This document shows, one piece after another, positions 32,328-40,782 of a stretch of 64,000 nucleotides of DNA; the first letter of the stretch is position 1, and the number at the start of each line of letters is the position of its first letter. The stretch spans positions 160,001 through 224,000 of the forward strand of contig CAWFJJ010000024.1 in assembly GCA_963816185.1 (NCBI GenBank), given 5' to 3'. A program made the position numbers and the translations under genes. The DNA is from Thermoanaerobaculia bacterium. GTDB lineage: Bacteria > Acidobacteriota > Thermoanaerobaculia > UBA5066. The notes under the pieces are model-generated. The model searched no databases. It was not told the DNA's origin and saw only the letters and a list, made by a program, of their open reading frames with translations.

Positions 32328-32492
32328 TCACTCCTCGACCTCGTCGTCGGTGGGAAGACGAAACTCCTTCGTCTCGTCGTTTCCGCAAATGCTGCAAAAC
32401 GCGCTCGTGATGCCCCTCTTCTCGTCGTACTCGAAGAAGTAGCACGGCGTGTCGCAGTTGAGACAGACGATGAAGTCGACTTCCTCGCTCAC
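32328..32492 (-). CDS. Small acidic Zn-ribbon protein (54 aa)
   Basis: VSEEVDFIVCLNCDTPCYFFEYDEKRGITSAFCSICGNDETKEFRLPTDDEVEE; two CxxC; fills the gap 5 nt upstream of purB. Confidence 0.72.
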   Translation of the reverse strand: MSEEVDFIVCLNCDTPCYFFEYDEKRGITSAFCSICGNDETKEFRLPTDDEVEE

Positions 32493-32561
32493 GGGCGCGA
32501 TCCTGCAGGCGTTCAGGTTAGCATCCCTCGGGCGGCCCGAGCCGCCCCATCGAGACCCGCC

Positions 32562-33845
32562 ATGACTCTCCGTGTCGACTCCGAGATCGGGCGCCTGCGC
32601 TCGGTCCTCGTCCACGAGCCTGGTCGCGAGATCGACCGGATGGTGCCCTCGATGATGCAGGACCTGCTCTTCGACGACATCCTGTTCGGGGCGCGCGCGC
32701 GCGAGGAGCACCGTCGGTTCCGGCAGGTTCTTCGCTTCGTGGCGGACGAGGTGCTCGACGTCCAGGAGCTCCTCGAGGAGGTTCTGCGAGATCCCGAAGA
32801 TAGGAACGAGGTCCTCTCGGAGCTCGCACGGCTCCTCGCCTGGCCGCCCGCTGTCCTTCTCGCGCTGAACGAGCTGCCCACCGGCAGGCTCGCGGCGGGC
32901 CTCGTGGAGGGGATCGAGCGCGCCGAGCCCGCCATCTCCGGCTCGCTGGATTCCCTTTACCTTCTGCCGCCCCTCCCGAACTGGTTCTTCCAGCGTGATC
33001 CCGCGACGGTCGTGGGCGACCGCGTCGTGAGGGGCTCGATGGCGACCCGCGCCCGCTGGCGAGAGCCTCTGCTGTCCGGCGCGGTCTTCGCCCGGCATCC
33101 CCGATTCGCCGGGCCGGGGCCGCGTTTCTGGTTCCAGGAGTTCGCCGCGGGCGAAGGGCGCGACCTCGCGTGGGCACGCATGCGTCCCACGCTCGAAGGA
33201 GGCGACGTCCTCGTGCTGTCGGACGAGGTCCTCGTCATCGGTTACTCGGAGCGCACGGAGAAGACGACCATCGAACGCCTCGCGGAAGCCCTCAGGCGGG
33301 AGGGCTCGCCGGTCAGGAAGATCCTCGTCGTGGCGATTCCGCCTCAGCGCGCGACGATGCACCTCGACACGGTGTTCACGCGCATCTCGGCCGGCGAGTG
33401 CCTTTGCTACGGGCCGATGATCCTCTCCGGCGGCGCCGAGGAGGCGGACGTGTACGAGGCCGACCTCACGGCGCGCGAGATCACGTGGACGACGAGGGAC
33501 GACCTGCTCTCGGCGCTCGCGGCGCTCGGCATCGATCTCGTTCCCATTCTCTGCGGCGGCGCCGATCCCATCGACCAGCAGCGCGAGCAGTGGACCGACG
33601 GCGCGAACGTGTTCGCGCTCGCTCCCGGCGTCATCCTCTGCTACGACCGGAACGAGCGCACCGCCGAATCCCTCGCGCGCGAGGGATATGCGGTCGTGGC
33701 GGACGACGACCTCCTCCTCGGACGGGAGACGCTCGACTTCAGGAAGAGCGGCAAGCACGCGATCCTGCTCTCGGCGCCCGAGCTGTCCCGTGCGCGCGGC
33801 GGTCCGCGCTGCATGACGATGCCGCTCGTGCGCGATCCGGTGTAA
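32562..33845 (+). CDS. arcA: Arginine deiminase
   Basis: VDSEIGRLRSVLVHEPG, LLFDDI, PNWFFQRD, LEGGD, MHLDTVFT, REQWTDGAN, ELSRARGGPRCMTMP. Confidence 0.93.
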   Translation: MTLRVDSEIGRLRSVLVHEPGREIDRMVPSMMQDLLFDDILFGARAREEHRRFRQVLRFVADEVLDVQELLEEVLRDPEDRNEVLSELARLLAWPPAVLLALNELPTGRLAAGLVEGIERAEPAISGSLDSLYLLPPLPNWFFQRDPATVVGDRVVRGSMATRARWREPLLSGAVFARHPRFAGPGPRFWFQEFAAGEGRDLAWARMRPTLEGGDVLVLSDEVLVIGYSERTEKTTIERLAEALRREGSPVRKILVVAIPPQRATMHLDTVFTRISAGECLCYGPMILSGGAEEADVYEADLTAREITWTTRDDLLSALAALGIDLVPILCGGADPIDQQREQWTDGANVFALAPGVILCYDRNERTAESLAREGYAVVADDDLLLGRETLDFRKSGKHAILLSAPELSRARGGPRCMTMPLVRDPV

Positions 33846-33856
33846 AAAGGAAGACC

Positions 33857-34780
33857 ATGCTTCAGAAAGACCTCGTCTCGATCCACGAATTGACCGCGGC
33901 CGACATCGCGGCCCTCTTCGCCCTCGCCGCCCGGATGAAAGCGCGCCCCGCGGCGTTCCGGACGGCGCTGTCCGGGAAGATCCTCGCGATGATCTTCGAG
34001 AAGTCGTCCACGCGGACCCGCGTCTCGTTCGAGGCGGGGATGACGCAGCTCGGGGGGGCCGCGCAATTCCTGTCGTCGCGCGACATCCAGCTCGGGCGCG
34101 GCGAGCCGATCGCGGACACGGCCCGCGTCCTCTCGCGTTACGTGAACGGCATCATGGCCCGCACGTTCGCGCACGACACGGTCCTCCAGCTCGCCCGTCA
34201 CGCGACGATTCCCGTCGTCAACGGCCTGACGGACCTCCTCCACCCGTGCCAGGCGTTGACGGACTACTTCACGATGAGCGAGAAATTCGGGAAGCTGGCC
34301 TCCCTCAAGCTCGCGTACGTCGGCGACGGAAACAACATGGCCCACTCCCTCATGTACGGCGGGCCGAAGTGCTCCGTCCACGTGGCGATCGCGACGCCGA
34401 AAGGCTACGAGCCCGACGCGACCGTCGCTGCGAACGCGCGGGCCGACGCCGCCGCGGCGGGAACGACGCTTCTGCTCACGCATTCGAAGGAGGAGGCCGT
34501 CGAGGGGGCCCACGTCGTCTATACCGACGTGTGGGCTTCGATGGGGCAGGAGGCCGAGCAGCAGAAACGCGCGAAGGACTTCGCGGGATGGACCGTCACG
34601 AACGAGCTTCTCGTGCGCGCCCACCCCGACGCCGTCTTCATGCACTGCCTTCCCGCGCATCGCGGCGAGGAGGTGGCGGCCGAGGTGTGCGACGGGCCGC
34701 GCTCCGTCATCTTCGACGAGGCGGAGAATCGCCTCCACGTGCAGAAGGCGATCCTCGCGACTCTGATGGGCCGCCCCTGA
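33857..34780 (+). CDS. argF: Ornithine carbamoyltransferase
   Basis: FEKSSTRTRVSF, HPCQ, GDGNN, YTDVWASMGQE, FMHCLPAHRG, AENRLH. Confidence 0.95.
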   Translation: MLQKDLVSIHELTAADIAALFALAARMKARPAAFRTALSGKILAMIFEKSSTRTRVSFEAGMTQLGGAAQFLSSRDIQLGRGEPIADTARVLSRYVNGIMARTFAHDTVLQLARHATIPVVNGLTDLLHPCQALTDYFTMSEKFGKLASLKLAYVGDGNNMAHSLMYGGPKCSVHVAIATPKGYEPDATVAANARADAAAAGTTLLLTHSKEEAVEGAHVVYTDVWASMGQEAEQQKRAKDFAGWTVTNELLVRAHPDAVFMHCLPAHRGEEVAAEVCDGPRSVIFDEAENRLHVQKAILATLMGRP

Positions 34781-35808
34781 CGCGCCGCCGCGCCTTCGCC
34801 GCCGCCTGCTGCGCTCTCGCGCTCGGCGTCGCCTGCCGGAGGAGCGGCCCGGCTGCCCCGTCCCCAGCGGGCCCGCCGGACGATCGGGGTGTCGTCACCC
34901 TCGAACGGGTGACCGCGCGCGTTTCGGCGGAGCCGAGATCCCCCGTTGCCCTGACGCTGCCGCGCGGGACCGCCCTCAAAGTGCGCGAGACCAGCGGCGA
35001 CGCCGTGCACGTCGTGGCGGACGGCCGGGACGTCTGGATCCAGGCCGGCACCTTCGAGCGGATGGCCGACCGCGAGGCGCGCGAGAAGAGGGCGGCCGCC
35101 GTGGCCGGTTTTGCGCCTCAGCGGGCGCGCGCCGTCGAGTCCTGCCCGATCCTTCTCGCCCCCGACTACGGCGCCGCGCGCTGGGGAACGCTCGACGACG
35201 GCGAGGACGTCGACGTCGTGCTCGCGGATCACGATTTCTTCGGCGTGCGTCTCGAAGGGAAGGATCTCGCGTTCGTGCCGGCGCGCTCCGTTCGCCTTCT
35301 GCCGTCGTCCCTTCCGGCGATCGCCTCGGGACCCGCCGCGCGCGGGGTGGTGCCGGAGGTGCAGCCGCTCGGGCCTCCCGGCGGGGACCTCGGCTCCGCG
35401 GCCGGCCCGCAGACGCCGGCGTCGGCCCTGGCCCTCACACCCGCCCCTCCGACACCCGGTTTCGCTGCGGCCGTGCCGTTCCTCCCGCGGGCGCCGCTCG
35501 CCTCGCTTCCGGAGGGAGCCGAGCCTCCCGTCCTCGTGACGCGCGTGGATCCCCGATACCCGGAGGCGGCACGCCGGATGCGTCTGGGAGGCGAGGTCGT
35601 CCTGCGCGTCGTCGTGGAGGCGAACGGCACCGTGGGCAGGATCGACGTGCTCTCTCCGGGGCCCGCCGGCATGACGGAAGCCGCCGGGGACGCCGTGCGG
35701 CGTTGGACCTTTCGGCCGGCGCGCGTCGCGGGACAGGCGGTGGCCGTGTGGAAGGTCGTCCGTATCCGCTTCACCCGAGAGCCCGACCGCGAACCTCCGC
35801 TCGACTGA
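34777..35808 (+). CDS. Lipoprotein with SH3-like domains, Pro-rich linker and TonB C-terminal domain (apparent CTG start)
   Basis: TRRRAF..LALGVAC lipobox; TLPRGTALKV and TLDDGEDVDV; PRYPEAARR..GEVVLRVVV..AVRRWTFRPA. Confidence 0.75.
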   Translation: MTRRRAFAAACCALALGVACRRSGPAAPSPAGPPDDRGVVTLERVTARVSAEPRSPVALTLPRGTALKVRETSGDAVHVVADGRDVWIQAGTFERMADREAREKRAAAVAGFAPQRARAVESCPILLAPDYGAARWGTLDDGEDVDVVLADHDFFGVRLEGKDLAFVPARSVRLLPSSLPAIASGPAARGVVPEVQPLGPPGGDLGSAAGPQTPASALALTPAPPTPGFAAAVPFLPRAPLASLPEGAEPPVLVTRVDPRYPEAARRMRLGGEVVLRVVVEANGTVGRIDVLSPGPAGMTEAAGDAVRRWTFRPARVAGQAVAVWKVVRIRFTREPDREPPLD

Positions 35809-35861
35809 GCCGGCACGGAGAAGAACCGGCTCCCCCGGTCCCTATAAACTCCGTCCTGCCG

Positions 35862-37478
35862 ATGCTGGAGATCGTCTACGAGGTCGAGGGGCAGACCCGT
35901 CGCTTCCTGCTCTCCGGCGGGGACGTGTCCATCGGCCGCTCGAGCGAGAACGGGATCGTCCTGAACGACTTCTCGGTGTCGCGCCGGCACGCGCTGTTGT
36001 CCGAGCGCGGAGGCGTCTGGACGGTCGAGGATCTTAAGTCGACGAACGGTGTCAAGGTGAACGGGGAATTCGCGGCGAAATCGCTCCTCAAGGCGAACGA
36101 CGTCGTCTCGGTCGGCACGTTCACTCTTAACGTGCGCGAGCAGCCCACGACGAGAAGCGTCGCGGCGAAGTCGATCGACTCGAGCTCGACGTTCGTCCGG
36201 TCGATCGCCGATTTCAACCGCGACTTCAATCTCGAGGCCGCGATCACGGACGTCGGGGGAACGCTCGCCGGGCGGAAGCACCCGCCCGAAAAAGCGCGCG
36301 AGAAGATCTTCGAGATCCTCGTCCAGGTCGCCCGCACGCTCATCGAGGCGCCCGACATAGACCAGATCCTTTCCAAGGTCGTGGACCTGCTCTTCGATTT
36401 CCTGCCCGCCGAGCGGGCCGTCGTCGTCCTCCGCGAGGACACCGGCCGGCTCGTCGCGACCCTCTCGCGCCAGAGGGGGCGGGCCGGCGCCGACGCCGCG
36501 GAGGCGTTTTCTCACACGATCGTCGAGACGGTCGTGCGCGAACGTGTCGCGGTGCTGACGTCCGACGCCCTCACCGACGATCGCTTCGAGGCCGGCCAGT
36601 CGATTCGCATCCAGCAGATCCGGTCGGCCATGTGCGTCCCTCTGTGGAACCGCGAAAACGTCATCGGCGCTCTTCACGTGGACACGCCGCTCAAGACCGG
36701 AACGTTCACCGCCGACGACCTCGACCTCCTGACGGCGCTCGGTAACTTCGCCGCGGTCGCGATCGAGCGCGCGCGCCTGCAGGGGCGCGTTGCGAAGGAG
36801 GAGCGAATTCGCGAACGCCTGGCGCGCTATCACTCTCCGGGCGTCGTCGAGGAGATCGTTTCCGAACTGCCCGCGGGCGTCGAAAAGGTGCGCACCCGCG
36901 ACGTGAGCGTGTTCTTCGCGGATATCGTCGGCTTCACGACCGCCGCCGAGGGCATGGCGCCCGAGGAGCTGTCGCGCTTCCTCGAGACCGTATTCACGTT
37001 CGCGGCGGACGCGATTTTCGAGCAGGGCGGCACGCTCGACAAGTTCATCGGCGACGCCGTGATGGCCTTCTTCGGCGCGCCCATCCGGCAGCCGGACCAT
37101 CCGCGCCGGGCGGTGGCGGCGGCCGCGAAGCTCATCGAGAGTCTGACGGCCTGGAACGTCGAGCGCGCCAAACGCGGCGAGGCGAAGGTTGCGGTGCGCG
37201 TAGGCGTGAACACGGGCCACGCCGTCGTGGGCGACATCGGGTCCGATCGCCGCGTCGATTACACGGTCCTCGGCAACACCGTGAACGTGGCGGCGCGGCT
37301 CGAGGACTACGTCGCCGGCCCGAACGAGATCGTCGTCGGCGAAGAGACGGCGCGGCTCGCAGGCGACTCGTTCGTGTTCGAGCCCCTCGGCGAGCAGCGG
37401 TTGAAAGGCCTCACGAAGGGCCTGAAGGCCTATCGCGTGAAGCTCGACGAGAAGGGCACGCCGGTTCGCCAGCGGTGA
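35862..37478 (+). CDS. Class III adenylate cyclase with FHA and GAF domains
   Basis: FHA IGRSSEN..SVSRRHA..STNG; GAF IRSAMCVPL; cyclase FFADIVGFT, LDKFIGDAVMA, DYTVLGNTVNVAARLE. Confidence 0.92.
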   Translation: MLEIVYEVEGQTRRFLLSGGDVSIGRSSENGIVLNDFSVSRRHALLSERGGVWTVEDLKSTNGVKVNGEFAAKSLLKANDVVSVGTFTLNVREQPTTRSVAAKSIDSSSTFVRSIADFNRDFNLEAAITDVGGTLAGRKHPPEKAREKIFEILVQVARTLIEAPDIDQILSKVVDLLFDFLPAERAVVVLREDTGRLVATLSRQRGRAGADAAEAFSHTIVETVVRERVAVLTSDALTDDRFEAGQSIRIQQIRSAMCVPLWNRENVIGALHVDTPLKTGTFTADDLDLLTALGNFAAVAIERARLQGRVAKEERIRERLARYHSPGVVEEIVSELPAGVEKVRTRDVSVFFADIVGFTTAAEGMAPEELSRFLETVFTFAADAIFEQGGTLDKFIGDAVMAFFGAPIRQPDHPRRAVAAAAKLIESLTAWNVERAKRGEAKVAVRVGVNTGHAVVGDIGSDRRVDYTVLGNTVNVAARLEDYVAGPNEIVVGEETARLAGDSFVFEPLGEQRLKGLTKGLKAYRVKLDEKGTPVRQR

Positions 37479-38068
37479 CGGACGCTCTCTTCTCTCTGAC
37501 GTTCGTGACCTCGAACGCGGGCAAGGCTCGCGAGGCTTCGGACTTTCTGGGCCGCGAGGTCGCGGTGAAGGACGTCGACGTCCCCGAGATCCAGTCCCTC
37601 GACTTCGCCGAGGTGGCCCGAGCCAAGGCGATCGTCGCGGCGGGGGCCCTCGGCGTTAGAGTCCTCGTCGAGGACTCGGGCCTCGCGGTGGATGCCTGGG
37701 GCGGCTTCCCGGGGCCGTTCACGAAATGGGTCACGGCGGGGGCGGCAGGCTACGACGGCTTCGCGAAGATGCTCGACGGCTTCACCGACCGGTCCGCCGA
37801 GGCCGTCTCCGTCCTCGCCGTCGCGCGGCCGGGACAGGCCCCGCACGACGTCCTCGTGGCGGAAGGCCGCGTGAGGGGCTCGATCGCGCTTCATCCGCGC
37901 GGCGCGAACGGCTTCGGCTGGGACGTCCTCTTCATTCCCGAGGGCGCGACGCGCACGTGGGCGGAGATGAGTGAGGAAGAAAAGAACAGGGACTCGCACA
38001 GGGCGAGGGCCTTTAAGAGCCTGAGGACTCTCTTGCAGCTCGGGAGGTCCGAAGAGAGACCTGCTTAA
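37475..38068 (+). CDS. rdgB: Non-canonical purine NTP pyrophosphatase (Ham1/ITPase family)
   Basis: VTSNAGK, PEIQ, VEDSGL, FPGPFTKW, GFGWD, EEKNRDSHRARA. Confidence 0.9.
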   Translation: MTDALFSLTFVTSNAGKAREASDFLGREVAVKDVDVPEIQSLDFAEVARAKAIVAAGALGVRVLVEDSGLAVDAWGGFPGPFTKWVTAGAAGYDGFAKMLDGFTDRSAEAVSVLAVARPGQAPHDVLVAEGRVRGSIALHPRGANGFGWDVLFIPEGATRTWAEMSEEEKNRDSHRARAFKSLRTLLQLGRSEERPA

Positions 38069-38078
38069 TCTTCCTTCT

Positions 38079-38693
38079 TCATTTCTTCCCGGCGAGCGTG
38101 CGCAGCTCGACCGCCAGCTCGTCGACCCTCTTCAGCAGCTCTTCCTTCGTCCCGTCCGCGTGGAGGACGATGTCGGCGACCTCCTCCCGAACGGCGTCCG
38201 AGAACTGCGCCGACATGCGGCGGACGAGCTCGTTCGGGTCCGTCTCGCCGCTTCGGCGGATGGCCCGTGCGAGGCGCACGTTCGTCGGGGCGGAGACGGT
38301 CACGAGGACGTCGAAGCGCTGTCGGCCGCCGGTCTCGACGAGGAGCGACGCCTCGACGACGCCGAGCGTCTCGCCCTTGGCCTCGAGCGCGGCGAACCAG
38401 CGAGCCTGCTCGTCGCGCACGAGCGGGTGGATGAGGCCGTTGAGGCGCGCGAGCTCTTCGGGATTGTGGAAGACATGCGCGGAAAGCTTGCGACGGTCGA
38501 CGGAGCTGTCCGGCGCGAGAAACTCGGGCCCGAATGCGTCCGCCACGGCACGCGCGCCGGCGCTGTGCGCGCGATAGAGGTCGTGCACGATGAGGTCCGC
38601 GTCGAGGACCGGGATTCCGTGCTCGCGGAGGCGCCTGGCCACGGTGCTCTTCCCCGAGGCGAGGCCGCCTGTGAGACCGACCTTGAGGATCAC
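38079..38693 (-). CDS. coaE: Dephospho-CoA kinase
   Basis: VGLTGGLASGKSTV, LDAD, VDRRKL, LNGLIHP, EASLLVE. Confidence 0.94.
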   Translation of the reverse strand: MILKVGLTGGLASGKSTVARRLREHGIPVLDADLIVHDLYRAHSAGARAVADAFGPEFLAPDSSVDRRKLSAHVFHNPEELARLNGLIHPLVRDEQARWFAALEAKGETLGVVEASLLVETGGRQRFDVLVTVSAPTNVRLARAIRRSGETDPNELVRRMSAQFSDAVREEVADIVLHADGTKEELLKRVDELAVELRTLAGKK

Positions 38694-39672
38694 TCGCGGC
38701 GTTCCAAGGAGCTAGGGGGGGTCGGGGGGGCGCTGAAGGCGACCCCCCATCAAGGGCCAGTCGTCTTCCTCGGCAAAGGTCCAACGTATTTCGGAGGAGC
38801 ATGGAAATCGTGAGGGGCCCGACTCCGCCGGGGACCGGCGTGTAGCGCGAGGCCTTCGGGAACGCCGTCGCCGGATCGCAGTCGCCCACGAGAGTCGAGC
38901 CGTTCCTCCCGAACGCGGCCGCGCGCTTCGCGTCCCCCGGGAAGAATCTCTCCAGGTCCGAGCGCGAGGTCACGCGGTTGATTCCGACGTCCACGAGAAC
39001 GGCGCCTTCCTTCACGAAATCACCCGTCACGAAGCCGGGCCTTCCAATCGCTGCGACGAGGAGATCCGCCTCGCGGCAGAGGCCGGGCAGGTCGCGCGTC
39101 TTCGAGTGCGCGATCGTCACGGTCGCGTGGCTCTGGAGAAGAAGGAGCGCCGTGGGTTTTCCGACGATGTCGCTCCGGCCGACGACGACGGCCCTCGCTC
39201 CCGGGACCGGGACGCCTTCGCGCCTGAGCAGCTCGAGAATTCCGGCCGGCGTGCAGGGCACGGGCGAGGGCTTGCCCTGCAGAAGCCGGCCGGCGTTCAA
39301 CGGGTGGAGCCCGTCGGCGTCTTTTCGGGGATCGATCGCCTCGAGGGCGTGGGCGGCGTCGAGGTGCTTCGGGAGGGGAAGCTGGACGAGGATCGCATCC
39401 ACGGCGTCGTCCCGGTTCAGGTCGTCGATCGTCCGGAGGAGATTCGGCTCGGAGAGAGAATCGGGGAACCGGAGCGTGCGTTCGGCAATCCCGGCTTCGC
39501 GCGCCGCGGCGCCCTTGTTCGCGACATAGACGGCGCTCGCCGGGTGGTCGCCCACGAGAATGACGGCGAGGCCGGGCACCATGCCGCGCGCCGCGAGCTC
39601 CGCCACTCCGGCAGCCACCTCGGCGCGGATCGCGCGCGCGACCCGCGCCCCGTCGAGAATCGATGCTGTCAT
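38690..39672 (-). CDS. folD: Methylenetetrahydrofolate dehydrogenase/cyclohydrolase (3' end uncertain, indel in the G-tract repeat)
   Basis: ASAVYVANK, ILVQLPLP, KDADGLHP, PCTPAG, GRSDIVGKP, DVGIN, TPVPGGVGPLT. Confidence 0.93.
38715..38748 (+). repeat. G-tract hairpin (REP-like) repeat, copy 2
   Basis: GGGGGGGTCGGGGGGGCGCTGAAGGCGACCCCCC, similar to 18399-18432. Confidence 0.7.
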
Positions 39673-39709
39673 TCCTTCTATTCTGAAGGAGAAAGGACAA
39701 CGGCCTTGC

Positions 39710-39738
39710 TTGACACCGAGGGGTGGGGGGCGTATTTT
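39710..39738 (+). promoter_or_regulatory. Sigma70-type promoter of the rplM operon
   Basis: TTGACA-17 nt-TATTTT. Confidence 0.7.
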
Positions 39739-39902
39739 TCACAACCCTGCGGGTGGATGGTTCGCCGGAAGCCCGCTTATCGTGTGCCGTCGGGGCCTTG
39801 GTCTTTCGATGCTTCCTTGGTCCGCATCACAAGACCGACCCCGGAATCTTCCAGCCGGGGTGACGCACCCCTCAACCGCCCTGATCGGAGACCGCTTCAC
39901 CC

Positions 39903-40337
39903 GTGAGCACTCGCACGCCGCTTCCGAAGATCTCGGACCAGTCCCGACGCTGGATCGTCGTCGATGCCGACGGCAAGGTGCTCGGCCGTCTCGCGACGCT
40001 CGTCGCGCGCCATCTCACGGGCAAGACGAAGGCCATCTACACGCCCTTCCTCGACACGGGCGACTTCGTCGTCGTCGTGAACGCCGAGAAGGTCGCTTTC
40101 ACCGGCACGAAGCTCGGCCAGAAAATGTATCGCCACCACACCGGCTTCCCGGGAGGCCTGCGCTCCATCGAAGCCGGCAAGCTCAAGGCCATCCATCCCG
40201 AGCGCGTCATCGAAGCGGCGGTCCGCGGCATGCTGCCGAAGACGAAGCTGGGCCGGAAGATGTTCAAGAAGCTCAAGGTTTACGCCGGCCCCGCTCATCC
40301 GCACACCGCCCAGTCTCCGGCCGCCGTCGCGGTCTGA
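39903..40337 (+). CDS. rplM: 50S ribosomal protein L13
   Basis: [39 protein letters not shown]. Confidence 0.97.
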   Translation: MSTRTPLPKISDQSRRWIVVDADGKVLGRLATLVARHLTGKTKAIYTPFLDTGDFVVVVNAEKVAFTGTKLGQKMYRHHTGFPGGLRSIEAGKLKAIHPERVIEAAVRGMLPKTKLGRKMFKKLKVYAGPAHPHTAQSPAAVAV

Positions 40338-40379
40338 CCGGGACGACCAGAGACGCAAGGAAAGGGAGAAGCGAACCCC

Positions 40380-40772
40380 GTGACGAACCTCCAGTTTCAA
40401 GCCGTGGGACGCCGGAAAGAATCGGTCGCCCGCGTGTACCTCCGCCCCGGCAAGGGGACCGTGCTGGTCAACGACCGCACCTTCGAGGACTTCTTTCCGA
40501 ACGACGTGCTCAAGATGGTCATCCGCCAGCCTCTGCAGCTCACCGAGACGGTCGACAAGTTCGACGTCGTCGCCCTCGTCGAGGGCGGCGGGAGCGCGGG
40601 CCAGGCAGGCGCGATCCGCCACGGGATCGCCCGCGCGCTCTGCCTCTTCAACGGCGAGCTCCGCGGCGCGCTCAAGAAAGCCGGCCTCCTCACGCGCGAT
40701 TCGCGCATGAAGGAGCGCAAGAAATACGGACAGCGCGGCGCCCGCGCCCGGTTCCAGTTCTCGAAGAGGTAA
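40380..40772 (+). CDS. rpsI: 30S ribosomal protein S9
   Basis: [40 protein letters not shown]. Confidence 0.97.
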   Translation: MTNLQFQAVGRRKESVARVYLRPGKGTVLVNDRTFEDFFPNDVLKMVIRQPLQLTETVDKFDVVALVEGGGSAGQAGAIRHGIARALCLFNGELRGALKKAGLLTRDSRMKERKKYGQRGARARFQFSKR

Positions 40773-40782
40773 TGGGGGAGAG

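Noticed and set aside
38065-39672. 535-aa FolD with a long C-terminal extension
   Set aside because: The extension overlaps coaE out of frame and is best explained by a homopolymer indel in the G-tract repeat.
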